This document shows, piece by piece, positions 32,801 through 40,357 of a DNA stretch of 64,000 nt (the stretch's first letter is position 1; each line of letters starts with the position of its first letter). Below the pieces are notes generated by a model, which searched no databases, was not told the DNA's origin, and saw only the letters and a list, made by a program, of their open reading frames with translations. The stretch spans positions 1 to 64,000 of IMG/VR virus record IMGVR_UViG_3300017917_001271. The stretch is one strand, 5' to 3'. The DNA is from a virus. A program made the translations under genes and the position numbers.

Positions 32801-35756
32801 TAATCTTGTTGACAAACAAGCAGAATTAAATGCTTTACTTGTAGTGATAGATGGTTTAGATCCAAGTGATCCGTTATATGCGCCGACTGTAAGTGACATT
32901 AATTTTATTGTTAATACTGCAATACCGGCGATCCAAGCAACCATCGCTTCTGAGCAGTCTGCATTAAATGACATAAACGACGACATTGCGGCAAATCAAG
33001 TTGCAAAAACTGCCAAGATAGCCGCAATCAATGCTCAAGCTGCATACATTAACACATTGACTCCTTTGGCGAACGATACTGCAATTATGCAGACTATTAT
33101 CTCAGACGGTATTCCAGATAGTCAAATTGATCCTACCTACAAAACATTTTCAATTCCATTATCATTTGATGTGTTTGAAGGCGACCAGTTTATTTGGAGA
33201 AAAGCAAAGAGTGACGGATCGATATTGCCACAGGATCAAGATTACGATACCGCAGTAAACGGCGGCGACTTAGCCTACAGTAGTGCAACAGGCTTGGCTG
33301 CAGATGACATTATTATCGATGGTGACGATTTTGTCACTCCAACTAGCAGCCCAGCTACAGAAGAAGTTGTTCCAGGACAAGTCGTGGATGCTGTTGCAAT
33401 CAAAGTTTACGATAGACCAAGCACAGGGTCTGCAAAAATCAAAGTTGACAGTTACATAGCAGACGGTGTTCAAACAGACTTTGAAATAACTCAGCAACCG
33501 AACACCTCAACTGCGGTTGTAGTTAAATTTACAAAAGGGGCAAGGGATCCAATTTCAGGAGTGTTATCTTCAGTTTCTGTAGTTAAGACGCTAGGAGTCG
33601 ACTATGAAGTTGACTATACTAACCGATTGATTAAATTTATCGCTCCTCCATCGCAAGGTGAAATGGTTTCAATTTTCAGCTTTGGTTTTAATGGTTCTGG
33701 CATACTGGATCTTGATTACTTTATTGGCGACGGTGTGACAACAGAGTTTATAACTAAAGCCGCGTGGGTCAAAGATGTAAATTATCTAGTATATGTCAAT
33801 GGTGAAGCTCCAAGACCAGGAACTCCTGCATTGTTTAAAACAGATGCAACATACGAAAGTTCTAATCGTATTGGATTAGTGTTTGCTGCACCTCCGGCAG
33901 CTGGTGATTTAATTAATTACGTAATTGTTAGTGGAACACAGCAAACATATTCTATAACTAAAACAGAACGATTCCCAGGAAACGGATCAGACATCTATGA
34001 ATTACAAAATATAGTCGGTGACAGTTTGCCTGCTGAATCAAACATGCTGGTTCGTGTTAACAATCAATATTTACAAGGACCAAACAACAGCTACTATACT
34101 ATAACTGGTACAAAAGTAAATTATGTTATTGATCCTGCAAAGTATGTTCCATACTCATTGTCAATTAATGATATCTATGTATATGCTGGCGGAGACTTAC
34201 TAGTATCTGGCATTGATTATATTGTTGAATTGGGTGGAATTACTATTAAGATCACACAAAATGTTCGTAAAAAGTATCTTAATAAAGAGTTGATTATAAG
34301 TGTGAAACAAACACAAGATTACGAATATATTCCGCCATCAGGTTTATTACCTGCTAGAATACAGTTTACTAAAACTTATGCTACTACTGATTTAATTGAA
34401 GTGTTAAGTTCTTATAAACACGACATTCTAGACATTCAAAGAACTGCCGTAAACGTCACATCAAGTCTAGTGTTAACACCAGACACGCCAGAGTTCTATA
34501 ATTATAGTGCAGTGGCAGGCGGTGTGATTCAATTAGACAGAACAGTTATTGATGAAAATTACGTGTGGGTAATTAAGAACGGAATACTATTAACACCTAG
34601 TGCAGATTTTATCTTAACTGAAAACAAGAAAACTATCAAGTTGGCACTCTATCCAGACCCTGCTGATGTCTTTACTATAATTACTTACGGTAGTAAGATA
34701 TTGACTTCTAGCATTTCTTATATGCAGTTTAAAGACATGCTCAACAGAGTACACTATAAACGCTTAAATGCAAACAAACAAACACGTTTAGTTAAGAATT
34801 TAAAATATACAGATAGTGTAATTGAAGTTGAAGATGCAAGTAATTTTGACTTACCAAGCGTTGGAAATAACAAGCCTGGCATTATTGAAATTCGAGGAGA
34901 GCGTATTGAGTTCTTTACAGTTTCAACTAAGGTTGAAGCAAATGTTACAACATACTTATTAGGCCAATTACGCAGAGGCACATTAGGAACTGGTGTTTCT
35001 AAAGTTCATAGAGCAGGAAGTGTTGTGCAAGATATTGGACCAAGTGAAACTATTCCTTATATTGAGAATACAATAATTGAGCAAGTCACATCAGACGGCA
35101 CAAATATTGTTCCAATTAATTTTATACCTATGGACCCAAGTACAGGTGTGACACCTGCAGGTGAGTGGACTTATAAGGACGGTTATGTGTCAACAATTCC
35201 AACAGGATATGTTCAGGCGAATGATATTGAAGTATTTGTTGGAGGTTATACTAGTGCAGAATGGGCAGCTAATGCAGAATATGCAGTAGATGATATTGTT
35301 GAAGTTGGAAATTATATGTATCGCTGTATATCTGCGCATACAAGTAGTACAGACTTCTTTGCAGACCAAAGTAACTGGGTGTTCTTTATTGGAAATATTC
35401 GTCTAAAGAAACAACCTTATTTGGTACACAACGTAAATCAAGCACCTTACAGCCCAGAAGGTGATGTTCAACTAGATGCAGAGTTTGCAGTTGACACTGA
35501 AAACAAGCAAATTAGACTGACAAATAAATTAAAATTTGGAACCAAAGTTACTGTTATAAAACGCACAGGTGTTGCGTGGGATAGCACAACAAACGTTCTA
35601 GAAGATACTAATAAGATTGCTCGCTTCTTAAAAGCAGTCCCAGGAGTGTGGTACACAAATATAGGTAAATATGAGAATAAGGCCGGAGTACCATCAACGT
35701 TTGACAGCGAAGACGGGTCATTTGACAGTACATCAATAACATTCGACCAAGGATAA
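20856..35756 (+). CDS. Giant (4966 aa) baseplate-associated structural protein
   Basis: Uninterrupted ORF after gp6; W-x5-Y-x2-G/D-D-x-V repeats, FG-GAP-like repeats, GSGY repeats, GDG..T.F repeats, coiled-coil insert. Confidence 0.8.
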   Translation: MADKINPTGSKTSSSSLLPRYYRTDANKKFLQATVDQLIQPGTVKKINGYVGRQNSKSTTSKDIFIQATDSTRQHYQLEPGLIVKDELENTTFFKDYQDYINQIKVFGGNVKSHPRLNEQEFYSWDPHIEWDKFVNFQQYYWLPYGPDTVWIMGNQQEVVSTYKIEVKPEADNNTYVFFPNGLTENPSIKLYRGQTYRFEINSPGNPFSIKTQRVDGVTYRYDDPGVIGSAVETGVIEFAVPQNAPDLLYYVSENDVNLGGVFQVLSINENTSLNLDEDLIGKKTYKLPNGIELSNGMKVGFVGNIIPEKYKSGQYYVEGVGESIVLIEESSLEIVGPYTTSESVLFDASPFDSLPFGDATSLAGKKDYIVISRKSKDKNAWSRYNRWFHKSVIETSALANGKIASIDQTARAVRPIIEFEPNLKLFNFGTKSIADVDLIDTYTTDVFSKIEGQLGYNIDGIDVAQGQRILFSADTDIRVKNKIYRVDFLLLDGVRQIHLVEETIPSALDTVLVKQGLKNQGSWYWFDGNEWFKSQQKTSTNQPPLFDIFDDNGNSFGNKDIYDGSTFAGTKIFSYKTGNGQADSVLEFPLSYKNIDNVGDIVFNFNIASDTFQYKDVSLIVTETTNVGYLLKTLENGSTEYINGWQKSESLNNQAAVRIYKDTNKVNNFDIDIFDNINDLEDLEVRVYVNGIRKEKEFWSVASGPVYKRVVLNEDIELTDILTIKAFSKQPVNANGFYEIPVGLQNNPLNDVISDFTLGEISSHVNSIIDNIQGTFSGQFPGLSNLRDLGNITKFGTRFVQHSGPISLALYHLTSQTNNIVRAIESVQSDYNKFKRNFINIAETLGTDTDPATHVNLILQEINKDKPISFPYYFSDMAPYTGSIRSDLTVIDSRIKTYPLSTAFNLDELSNKAVLVYLQGEQLLYGKDYTFDSQGFVVISAPLAEDDSVTIYEFENTNGCFIPATPTKLGIWPKYEPKKYLDTSLVTPREVIQGHDGSIILAYGDYRDDLILELEKRIYNNIKVKYDPTIFDLSDFLPVYNRSTPYSLKEFNEVLSSNFYSWSNLIDRDFTKPLSYNSLDTRTYNYREMATPDGRTPLPGYWKGIHRWMLDTERPNICPWEMLGFSEEPAWWQEVYGPAPYTKDNLVLWEDLSNGIIREPGKPPVQNKKYIREYLKDHIPVNEFGEILSPITSGLASGVITNSTAGDFVFGDVSPVESAWRRSSYYPFAILISLLLTQPAKSFGLLLDRSRIIRNKAGQLVYKDTKVRIKPSDIVLPSIYSSSTSFKTSGIINYIVDYIQSDNLKSYKQYQYDLDNLQVRISHRIGGFTSKEKFKLLLDSKTPLTSGSVFVPSEDYEIILNTSSPIKKINYSGVVVTKLEDGYSIKGYSKTQPYFKYYNWVKSGILINVGGISESYTIWTPENQYVAGKVVSYSNRFYRVKTLHTTSASFNPAYYTLLPALPIIGGRDAYIRKEWDREEEVVLPYGTKLRTIQEVVDFLLGYGEYLKDQGFIFDNFNPELGAITNWETSAKEFMFWTTQNWSTGEDKWTEWQENQPIVLGQIVRYNGDYYRAVNNLDPESIFNYDDYVKLDGLSSVGSSVISLSPASTNLTFSAPVSVVDDIRNQFYKYEIFKVDGTPIQPQFLNNYREENAVSYTPAEDGIYGATFYLVQKEQVVILKNTTLFNDTIYSPTSGYRQERIKVSGYISSEWKGDFNVPGFIFDQAVIQDWQSWQDYALGDIVKYKQFYYTAKKSIDGTETFISENWMKLDSKPEPRLLPNWSYKASQFQDFYSLDSDNFDADQQAIAQHLVGYQKRQYLSNIIKDDVSEFKFYQGMIVEKGTQNVLNKLFDVLSAEGQESVTFYEEWAIRAGQYGASNSFENIEFVVNEDLFKNNPQGFELVPQVNTTTVDFIIRQTPNDVYVKPIGYNSNPWPVLTNNKNYLRTPGYVRSSDVKLVLKTISDIVKESITDFEDGDYVWVGFEGREWNVYRYTQLSMDVSNIEYSLGKVTVTLTDAVTKDIGEYLGIDQTLSYNGFYKILSITGKVVVLESTKEQQPKPFTEQSKVVLSYLKSSRVPSIDNIDQAVVFPVSDAELVWTDNAGDDKWAVWQHSNIYSKTEITNTAPQEGLYYGRQTLVNKEGNLLLITTNLGETIVLDKTGSNTPWLQRQTITAPFISKDNNFGYSATPDSVTGDVIAISKDSRWLALGTPLASEVSSRFKGSWSPSTNYAVDDIVLRNFKHYVSLVADTNKDPEASTRTYNNLTGTVTYGAGVGATFNVFVSDATYSVTVSNPGTAFAVGDTVRIFGTDLGGAAPANNLVIKVLSIVGGASSGPIARISVIGVARDFWAEVPFIPVDSTGTNSTLQRQGVVSVYEKDSNNIFSLVATIMSPWPASEETFGSSLAFGERALFVGASGYNNHQGFVYKLVYKTITEVSTTYNPIGSSGTKLVLTSTAGIRAGMYLKGAGFTSGQYVSSINQADNSIIISAEPDSEPSGVIEFTTTSWRYDRDNYITPQTGANSKFGSVLSISDDSSTLLVSAPDASPAGKVFVYKSADKEQYSLLHPVTGTDNSFGLSTTVSSDGSYVAMSSIYKDVSKIDQGEVQIYKLGATAYSLYQTLTGIRPEIAEFFGFKISFMNDYQTLVVFSKGADNIVKTTFDAASTTFDNNLTKVYDILENNGRVDVYDRYSSHWVYSESLENDSTDVDGYGAGLAVGSNQIIIGAPNKSDQGFKSGKVYQYSKPQNKLSWNILHKEIDKIDIKKIKRAFLYNKTTNKLITNLDIIDPVQGQIPGIAEAEIQYKTFYDPAVYSSGTNEVNVDEGMAWTKPYVGALWWDLRTAKFIDSHDRDLVYRNSTWNTIFPYASIDICEWVETQYTPDQWNELADTEEGIVLGISGKSLYGNNVYGLVRKYDTVSKSFRNTYYFWVKGKKTIPNIPTRKLSASDVAALIENPRGVDYKYLALTSTNSFSLVNVKPLLEDKNVILSVEYWTSNEIDKNIHSQWKIINNNISTNIPKTVEQKWFDSLCGKDNQGRLVPDPLLPDKLKYGIENRPRQGMFINRFEALKQFIEYVNIELAKNLIVENRDISKLESFEEEPSTLTGLYDFVLDSDAELRFANIGTFEKPSFLPIIENGRIIGVDIVSKGRGYFVAPYFTISGSGTGAKIRAKINVKGQIVGYDVISSGEGYTSYDTTITLRNYSVLVHSDSVANGAWSIYSYEPTTQVWSRVQSQSYNVSNYWTKVDWYASGYNQFTAIDHSVMTFTDLANLFANIGETVKVKTTSAGTWVLLEKYSNVASSDWTQTYKVVGKEKGTIQLSTTLYNFENSLYGFDGSLYDSAIFDNSAAKELIIILNSLKNDILIEDLKSVYLNLFFNSVRYAYSEQNYIDWIFKTSFVKAQHNVGELKEKVTYNSDNLENFEDFVNEVKPYRTKVREYVSSYNKVDTNNLVTTDFDLPSYYENDKIKTLSTTVVNGVIQADDNSILSYPWKYWYENAGYSVTSLVVVDGGSGYKSEPVVRIISNSGSGATGRAFYTNGKINRIVLLTKGSGYLSAPTVVLDGGLIDGGTPAKVVAIIGNGVVRSNLIKLKFDRLSQKYLISKLQETEVIDNPTLVSGSRLQFSLAWAPDIVNTPINNIKNEKSTVLINNVEILKSDYSLSVVKSTARGYTTYTGSITFKTPPAAGSVIVINYTKDWSLLTAADRIQYYYDPAVGELGKDLAQLMTGVDYGGVSVHGLNFDIGLGWGSVPYYTDKWASFDETFEDYIVTVAADTHSFTLPYVPEAGTEMNVYYVGKNVDEYTGDGFSTIYNFNIDDVYPPTVTVTVTKDFAGTNLAGSDIINLTSTAGIKVGDVLTMNPVVDKTLAYNTVVTQILNGTQVKIDQILFKPITAGTDAIFTRTLVDPLDCTINPNGTVFLKEAIPVGAKISMTAYTSPIRLDDPNYTVTGVARVQLNTLQNEYNVLVTNSYALENSKATIEANLETANNNLVDKQAELNALLVVIDGLDPSDPLYAPTVSDINFIVNTAIPAIQATIASEQSALNDINDDIAANQVAKTAKIAAINAQAAYINTLTPLANDTAIMQTIISDGIPDSQIDPTYKTFSIPLSFDVFEGDQFIWRKAKSDGSILPQDQDYDTAVNGGDLAYSSATGLAADDIIIDGDDFVTPTSSPATEEVVPGQVVDAVAIKVYDRPSTGSAKIKVDSYIADGVQTDFEITQQPNTSTAVVVKFTKGARDPISGVLSSVSVVKTLGVDYEVDYTNRLIKFIAPPSQGEMVSIFSFGFNGSGILDLDYFIGDGVTTEFITKAAWVKDVNYLVYVNGEAPRPGTPALFKTDATYESSNRIGLVFAAPPAAGDLINYVIVSGTQQTYSITKTERFPGNGSDIYELQNIVGDSLPAESNMLVRVNNQYLQGPNNSYYTITGTKVNYVIDPAKYVPYSLSINDIYVYAGGDLLVSGIDYIVELGGITIKITQNVRKKYLNKELIISVKQTQDYEYIPPSGLLPARIQFTKTYATTDLIEVLSSYKHDILDIQRTAVNVTSSLVLTPDTPEFYNYSAVAGGVIQLDRTVIDENYVWVIKNGILLTPSADFILTENKKTIKLALYPDPADVFTIITYGSKILTSSISYMQFKDMLNRVHYKRLNANKQTRLVKNLKYTDSVIEVEDASNFDLPSVGNNKPGIIEIRGERIEFFTVSTKVEANVTTYLLGQLRRGTLGTGVSKVHRAGSVVQDIGPSETIPYIENTIIEQVTSDGTNIVPINFIPMDPSTGVTPAGEWTYKDGYVSTIPTGYVQANDIEVFVGGYTSAEWAANAEYAVDDIVEVGNYMYRCISAHTSSTDFFADQSNWVFFIGNIRLKKQPYLVHNVNQAPYSPEGDVQLDAEFAVDTENKQIRLTNKLKFGTKVTVIKRTGVAWDSTTNVLEDTNKIARFLKAVPGVWYTNIGKYENKAGVPSTFDSEDGSFDSTSITFDQG

Positions 35757-35762
35757 AAGAAT

Positions 35763-37505
35763 ATGGCAAAAAAAGTAATTAACGTTGGTTCAAGCGCAAA
35801 TGATTCCACTGGAGATTCATTACGTATCGCCGGCGGAAAAATCAACGACAATTTCACTGAACTGTATAATGCGCTTGGTGGAGAAACTGGCGCACCATTA
35901 AGTATAGTTTCAAAAATATTACCAGGAGATGGTATAATCGTAAGTTCAGCTCAAGGTGATGTACTAGTATCTAGTAAAACTGCCAGTGCTAACGAACTTG
36001 GCGGAATTAAAATTGGTTCAGGAATCAATATAAGTTCAGAAGGTGTCGCCAGCGTAGCAACGTATCAGCTGCCAAAAGCCAGCGAGACTATTCTTGGCGG
36101 AATCAAAGTAGGTGATAGGCTTAGTATTGATGCTAATGGAGTACTAAGTGCCGACGAAGGTGCGTATGTTCTGCCTAAAGCCACAGGAAGCGTATTGGGT
36201 GGTATCAAGATAGGCTCTGGTTTAGAAATTGATAATGCTGGTATAGTAAGTGTCAATCAGTTCGACCAGACACTGAATACAAATGATGTTGTAGAGTTTG
36301 AATCAGTTTTAAGTAGAGGTTATACAACAGAAGGTAGTTCGTCAATATTTCAACGTTCAACCGGAGAAAATATTGACACAGGTTTGAATATTCGCAGCTC
36401 AGTAGATAAAGAACCAATTTACATATACAATTATGGATCAGACGGGCTAGGTACTGGCGGAAGTGAAATTGATATTAAAGAACTCACAGTTGACATTTAT
36501 ACTAAATGGGGAACAGCTGATCAGAAAAGGTGGCAGTTCACAAACATTACAAATAATGGCAGCGCACTTATAACACCTACAATGATATTAGGTACTACTG
36601 GTACAGAAGATCAATTGATTTCGCAGAATAGTCTTCACAGTATGACAGTGGGTAATACTGATTTAAAATCATATCTACGTTTTTACGGCCCAACTGATCC
36701 AGATACTGATAATCAAGGGCTGACAGATGCACCACGTGCTAATAAAATTACTATTAGTTCAAATGAGTTAGGAGATTGGGTAGAAGGAGAAGGATATACC
36801 AGCAAAGGTAGAATTGAATTAATCGCCGGGGGCACTCAGTCTACAACAAGAGCTTCTATAACGTTAGGCGAAAATGGTAGTCCAACACACGATTTCCCTC
36901 CAACGGGCAGTCCAGTTGTAACAACAACTAACAACATTGAAATCACAGGCGGTGTAGCGTTTTATGGCGACGTTACAATTCAAGCCGGTTCAACACTGGG
37001 TATTAGAAATAGAATAGTATTTCAGGACGGATCAATTCAAACTACTGCTTATACAGGCACCGGAGGCGGAACACCATCGTCAATTGCTCAAGGAAGCTAT
37101 GAAGTTAGTTTAAACGCTAACGGTAGTATTAGTTACCCAGGCGATGTTACACAAAACTTTCAAGACAGTACTAGCTGCTCGGCAGGTGTAAACACAGTTG
37201 TTTATACATCAACAGGACAATTTCAACATGCTATTAGATTATTTGCTATAGTAGAAGGAAATCCAGATGGCGGCTCTACTTGGGAAACACAGGCTTGTGA
37301 TATTGTAGCGGTTCGCGGGTATGTTAATGATATTGTACATATAACAGTTTATGGTTTGACTTATTCAAGCGTATCTGCGCTAGCCACATTTGACGGCCGA
37401 TGGAACGCATTGACTAATAGAATAGAAATTACATGCAGCCCAATAAGTGCAACAAATTCTGTCGTAACAAGTGTCTATGCGATTGAAATGCGCAGTAACG
37501 ACTAA
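35763..37505 (+). CDS. Fibre/baseplate protein with gp9/gp10-like N-terminus
   Basis: INVGSSANDSTGDSLRIAGGKINDNFTELY N-terminus; three LGGIK(I/V)G repeats at about 35975-36255. Confidence 0.7.
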   Translation: MAKKVINVGSSANDSTGDSLRIAGGKINDNFTELYNALGGETGAPLSIVSKILPGDGIIVSSAQGDVLVSSKTASANELGGIKIGSGINISSEGVASVATYQLPKASETILGGIKVGDRLSIDANGVLSADEGAYVLPKATGSVLGGIKIGSGLEIDNAGIVSVNQFDQTLNTNDVVEFESVLSRGYTTEGSSSIFQRSTGENIDTGLNIRSSVDKEPIYIYNYGSDGLGTGGSEIDIKELTVDIYTKWGTADQKRWQFTNITNNGSALITPTMILGTTGTEDQLISQNSLHSMTVGNTDLKSYLRFYGPTDPDTDNQGLTDAPRANKITISSNELGDWVEGEGYTSKGRIELIAGGTQSTTRASITLGENGSPTHDFPPTGSPVVTTTNNIEITGGVAFYGDVTIQAGSTLGIRNRIVFQDGSIQTTAYTGTGGGTPSSIAQGSYEVSLNANGSISYPGDVTQNFQDSTSCSAGVNTVVYTSTGQFQHAIRLFAIVEGNPDGGSTWETQACDIVAVRGYVNDIVHITVYGLTYSSVSALATFDGRWNALTNRIEITCSPISATNSVVTSVYAIEMRSND

Positions 37506-37548
37506 TAAACAGCACAGTTTGGGATTAAACTAGCACATTATAACTATT

Positions 37549-37556
37549 GATAAATA
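37549..37556 (+). promoter_or_regulatory. Late promoter GATAAATA
   Basis: Intergenic box upstream of 37577. Confidence 0.6.
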
Positions 37557-37576
37557 CTGAATAAAGAGAGATTTCT

Positions 37577-38185
37577 ATGCAGAATAAAGACGTAACCGGC
37601 GTACATATTGAAGGACATATTAAAATCCATGACCCAGAGTCTGGTGAAATTTACATCAATAAACGTAATGCCATTCACTACGAAAATATTAGTATAGCGT
37701 TAGCCCAAAGTCTTGCTAACAGCGGACAAGGCTTTGTATACGAAATGGCATTTGGGAACGGCGGAACAGCAGTTGATCCAACAGGTATTGTTACATACTT
37801 AACACCAAATTCAACAGGATCTAACGCAAGTCTTTACAATCAAACATACGCTAAAGTCGTAGATGATCGTAGCAGCAATAATACTGATCCAACACGAAAT
37901 TTTATTGAAACACGACATGTTACTGGCACAAATTATACAGATGTTTTTGTAACTTGTTTGTTAGATTACGGCGAGCCTAGCGGACAACAAGCATTTGATA
38001 ACTCTAACAATAACGGCGGCCTTTATATTTTTGACGAATTAGGTTTAAAAAGTTACAGCTCGACTGGTAACAGCTTATTATTGACTCATGTTATCTTCCA
38101 CCCCGTGCAAAAATCATTGAATCGATTAATTCAAATTGATTATACTGTACGTATTCAGAGTTTAACTGGTCTAGCAGGAGTTTAA
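37577..38185 (+). CDS. Hypothetical tail/baseplate structural protein
   Basis: 202 aa, beta-rich; FDELGL...LLTHVIFHPVQKS; late promoter. Confidence 0.6.
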   Translation: MQNKDVTGVHIEGHIKIHDPESGEIYINKRNAIHYENISIALAQSLANSGQGFVYEMAFGNGGTAVDPTGIVTYLTPNSTGSNASLYNQTYAKVVDDRSSNNTDPTRNFIETRHVTGTNYTDVFVTCLLDYGEPSGQQAFDNSNNNGGLYIFDELGLKSYSSTGNSLLLTHVIFHPVQKSLNRLIQIDYTVRIQSLTGLAGV

Positions 38186-38188
38186 TAA

Positions 38189-40357
38189 ATGCCATATCAA
38201 ATTAGATTTACTGAAACTAATAATCCTGCGAAGCCAAGTATTACTGTAGCAGATCAAAGTATTAATCAAGAAACAAGTTTACAATTTCCTGGAAAAAATT
38301 ATCCTGCGTATGCACCAATTATAGCGGAAAATTTCTTACATTTATTAGAAAATTTTGCTAAGAATACTGCTCCAGCAAATCCTGTACAAGGTCAACTTTG
38401 GTATGATAATAGTGCTGGCGAGAATATTTTAAAAGTTTACGACGGCACTGGATGGACACCAGCAGGAACAGTTAAAAAATCTGCTACCGAGCCAAGTGTT
38501 GTCAATAGTACAAAAGGTGACTTGTGGGTTGATACAGAGAATCAGCAGGTGTATGTATATTCAGGATCAAACTGGCTGTTAGTTGGACCTCAATTTAGTT
38601 CTGGTTTAAAAACAGGACCAGATATTGAAACAATTACAGACACTAGTAACGTTGATCATAACGTTATCACTTTATATTCTGAAAATAATAGAATAGCAAT
38701 TATCAGTAAAGCAGCATTTACTCCTAAAACAAGTATTGCAGGATTTGCCAGTATCGGCCAAGGCATAAGTTTATCAACAGTAGACTCTACTAGTACAACA
38801 TCGCCAACAAAATTTTGGGGAACAGCCAGCCAAGCAGATTCTTTAGTGGTAAACGGGAATGTCGTCGGTGCTGATAGTTTTGTTAGAAAAGATACAGAAC
38901 AAACAACTAACTTTCCTCTGAACGTTGCAAACAACGGCGGTATTAGTATTGGTAGTAATAAAAGTTTTAATATTGCAACTGATGTAAATTCAGCATTGTT
39001 TATATCAAAAACCAGCGGCAATTATATTGAATTCAAACTAAACAATAACGGAACACCAGTAACAGCAGTTCATATTGATGCAAACGGTTATGTCGGTGTA
39101 GGTCCAGATAATACTAACCCAGTTGAAGCATTAGATGTAGCTGGAAATATTATTACTGACGGTAATATTATTGTTCAAGGAACTACAGATGCAACAGTAC
39201 TTGGAGTCGGTAGTATTGCAACTAACGGTGGTTTGAGTGTTCAGAAGCAAAGTCAGTTTGGAGGCGATGTTAGCATCAACGGCGGAATTCATTTTAATAA
39301 TTTAGATGGTAACGGTGACCCAATTGCTGGTGTAGTTATTCAACCTGCATCGGAGGATGCAACTGACTTATACGATCTAGGAACTAGTACAAAAAGATTT
39401 AGAAATATCTATGCTCAAAGTTTTGTAGGTAACTTCAACGGTGCATTTACTGGTACACTATCTGGTAATATCAGCGGTAGTGCTGCAAAGTTAGCTAGTC
39501 CGACAAGATTTAAGATAAAAGGCGATATAGAAACAACAACCGATGTTCTATTTGATGGCCAGTTACCACAAGGTGGCGGCACACCGTCTGGTGAACAGTG
39601 GTTCTACACTTCTGTAACACAAGATATTATTGCTTCTAAAACTTCTACATCTGAAAGTTATCTAAATGATCGCTTTTTAGTTTACAGAGAAGGCACTGGC
39701 TTAAGACAAGTATCTAAAGCAACCATAATACAAAACATCGCAACTGTGCCAGTTGGGTCAATTCTTCCTTTTGCTGGTGCAACACCTCCGGCTGGTTACT
39801 TATTATGTGACGGGTGTGAGGTACTAATTGGAGATTTTCCAAAGTTATTTGCCATAATTGGTTATACATACAAAGTTCCAAGTTTGCTAATCGGTAAAGC
39901 TACGTTTGCCTTGCCTGATTTAAGAGGAAGATTTCCTCTTGGTAAAGATAACATGCAAAACCTTAATCCACTTGATGGATCTCCAAGGAAAGTTCCTGCG
40001 AAAGAAGACCCAACAGTGGATATTCCAGCAGGTGGAGGCAGTGCAAATCGTGTAACAGATATTGTTGCTGATACACTAGGTGCTGGTACTAACGCAGGCG
40101 AGTACAAAACATTAAATGTAAACAACTTGCCAGACCACAAGCATAACCTAAATAGCGGATTTGCTCAGTATTATGCAGCAGGATTACCAGGCGCTGGTAC
40201 TGATCCAGCAGCTGATCCTGGGTTAGGTAGTGCAAGTGGCGGCGGCTCAGGTTTAAGAAACAGCGGTAACGTCATTAGTCCAACTATTGGTCAACCGTTC
40301 AATGCTATGAATCCATACGCAACAATCAATTATATTATTTTTACTGGTGAATTATAA
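38189..40357 (+). CDS. Tail fibre protein with tail-collar domain
   Basis: PVGSILPFAGATPPAGYLLCDG...FALPDLRGRFPLG collar motif, NLPDHKH, NPYATINYII C-terminus. Confidence 0.85.
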   Translation: MPYQIRFTETNNPAKPSITVADQSINQETSLQFPGKNYPAYAPIIAENFLHLLENFAKNTAPANPVQGQLWYDNSAGENILKVYDGTGWTPAGTVKKSATEPSVVNSTKGDLWVDTENQQVYVYSGSNWLLVGPQFSSGLKTGPDIETITDTSNVDHNVITLYSENNRIAIISKAAFTPKTSIAGFASIGQGISLSTVDSTSTTSPTKFWGTASQADSLVVNGNVVGADSFVRKDTEQTTNFPLNVANNGGISIGSNKSFNIATDVNSALFISKTSGNYIEFKLNNNGTPVTAVHIDANGYVGVGPDNTNPVEALDVAGNIITDGNIIVQGTTDATVLGVGSIATNGGLSVQKQSQFGGDVSINGGIHFNNLDGNGDPIAGVVIQPASEDATDLYDLGTSTKRFRNIYAQSFVGNFNGAFTGTLSGNISGSAAKLASPTRFKIKGDIETTTDVLFDGQLPQGGGTPSGEQWFYTSVTQDIIASKTSTSESYLNDRFLVYREGTGLRQVSKATIIQNIATVPVGSILPFAGATPPAGYLLCDGCEVLIGDFPKLFAIIGYTYKVPSLLIGKATFALPDLRGRFPLGKDNMQNLNPLDGSPRKVPAKEDPTVDIPAGGGSANRVTDIVADTLGAGTNAGEYKTLNVNNLPDHKHNLNSGFAQYYAAGLPGAGTDPAADPGLGSASGGGSGLRNSGNVISPTIGQPFNAMNPYATINYIIFTGEL

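Noticed and set aside
35975-36255. Repeats in the fibre gene as a possible diversity-generating retroelement
   Set aside because: These are diverged protein-level LGGIK repeats; no adenine-specific TR/VR pair or reverse transcriptase was seen.
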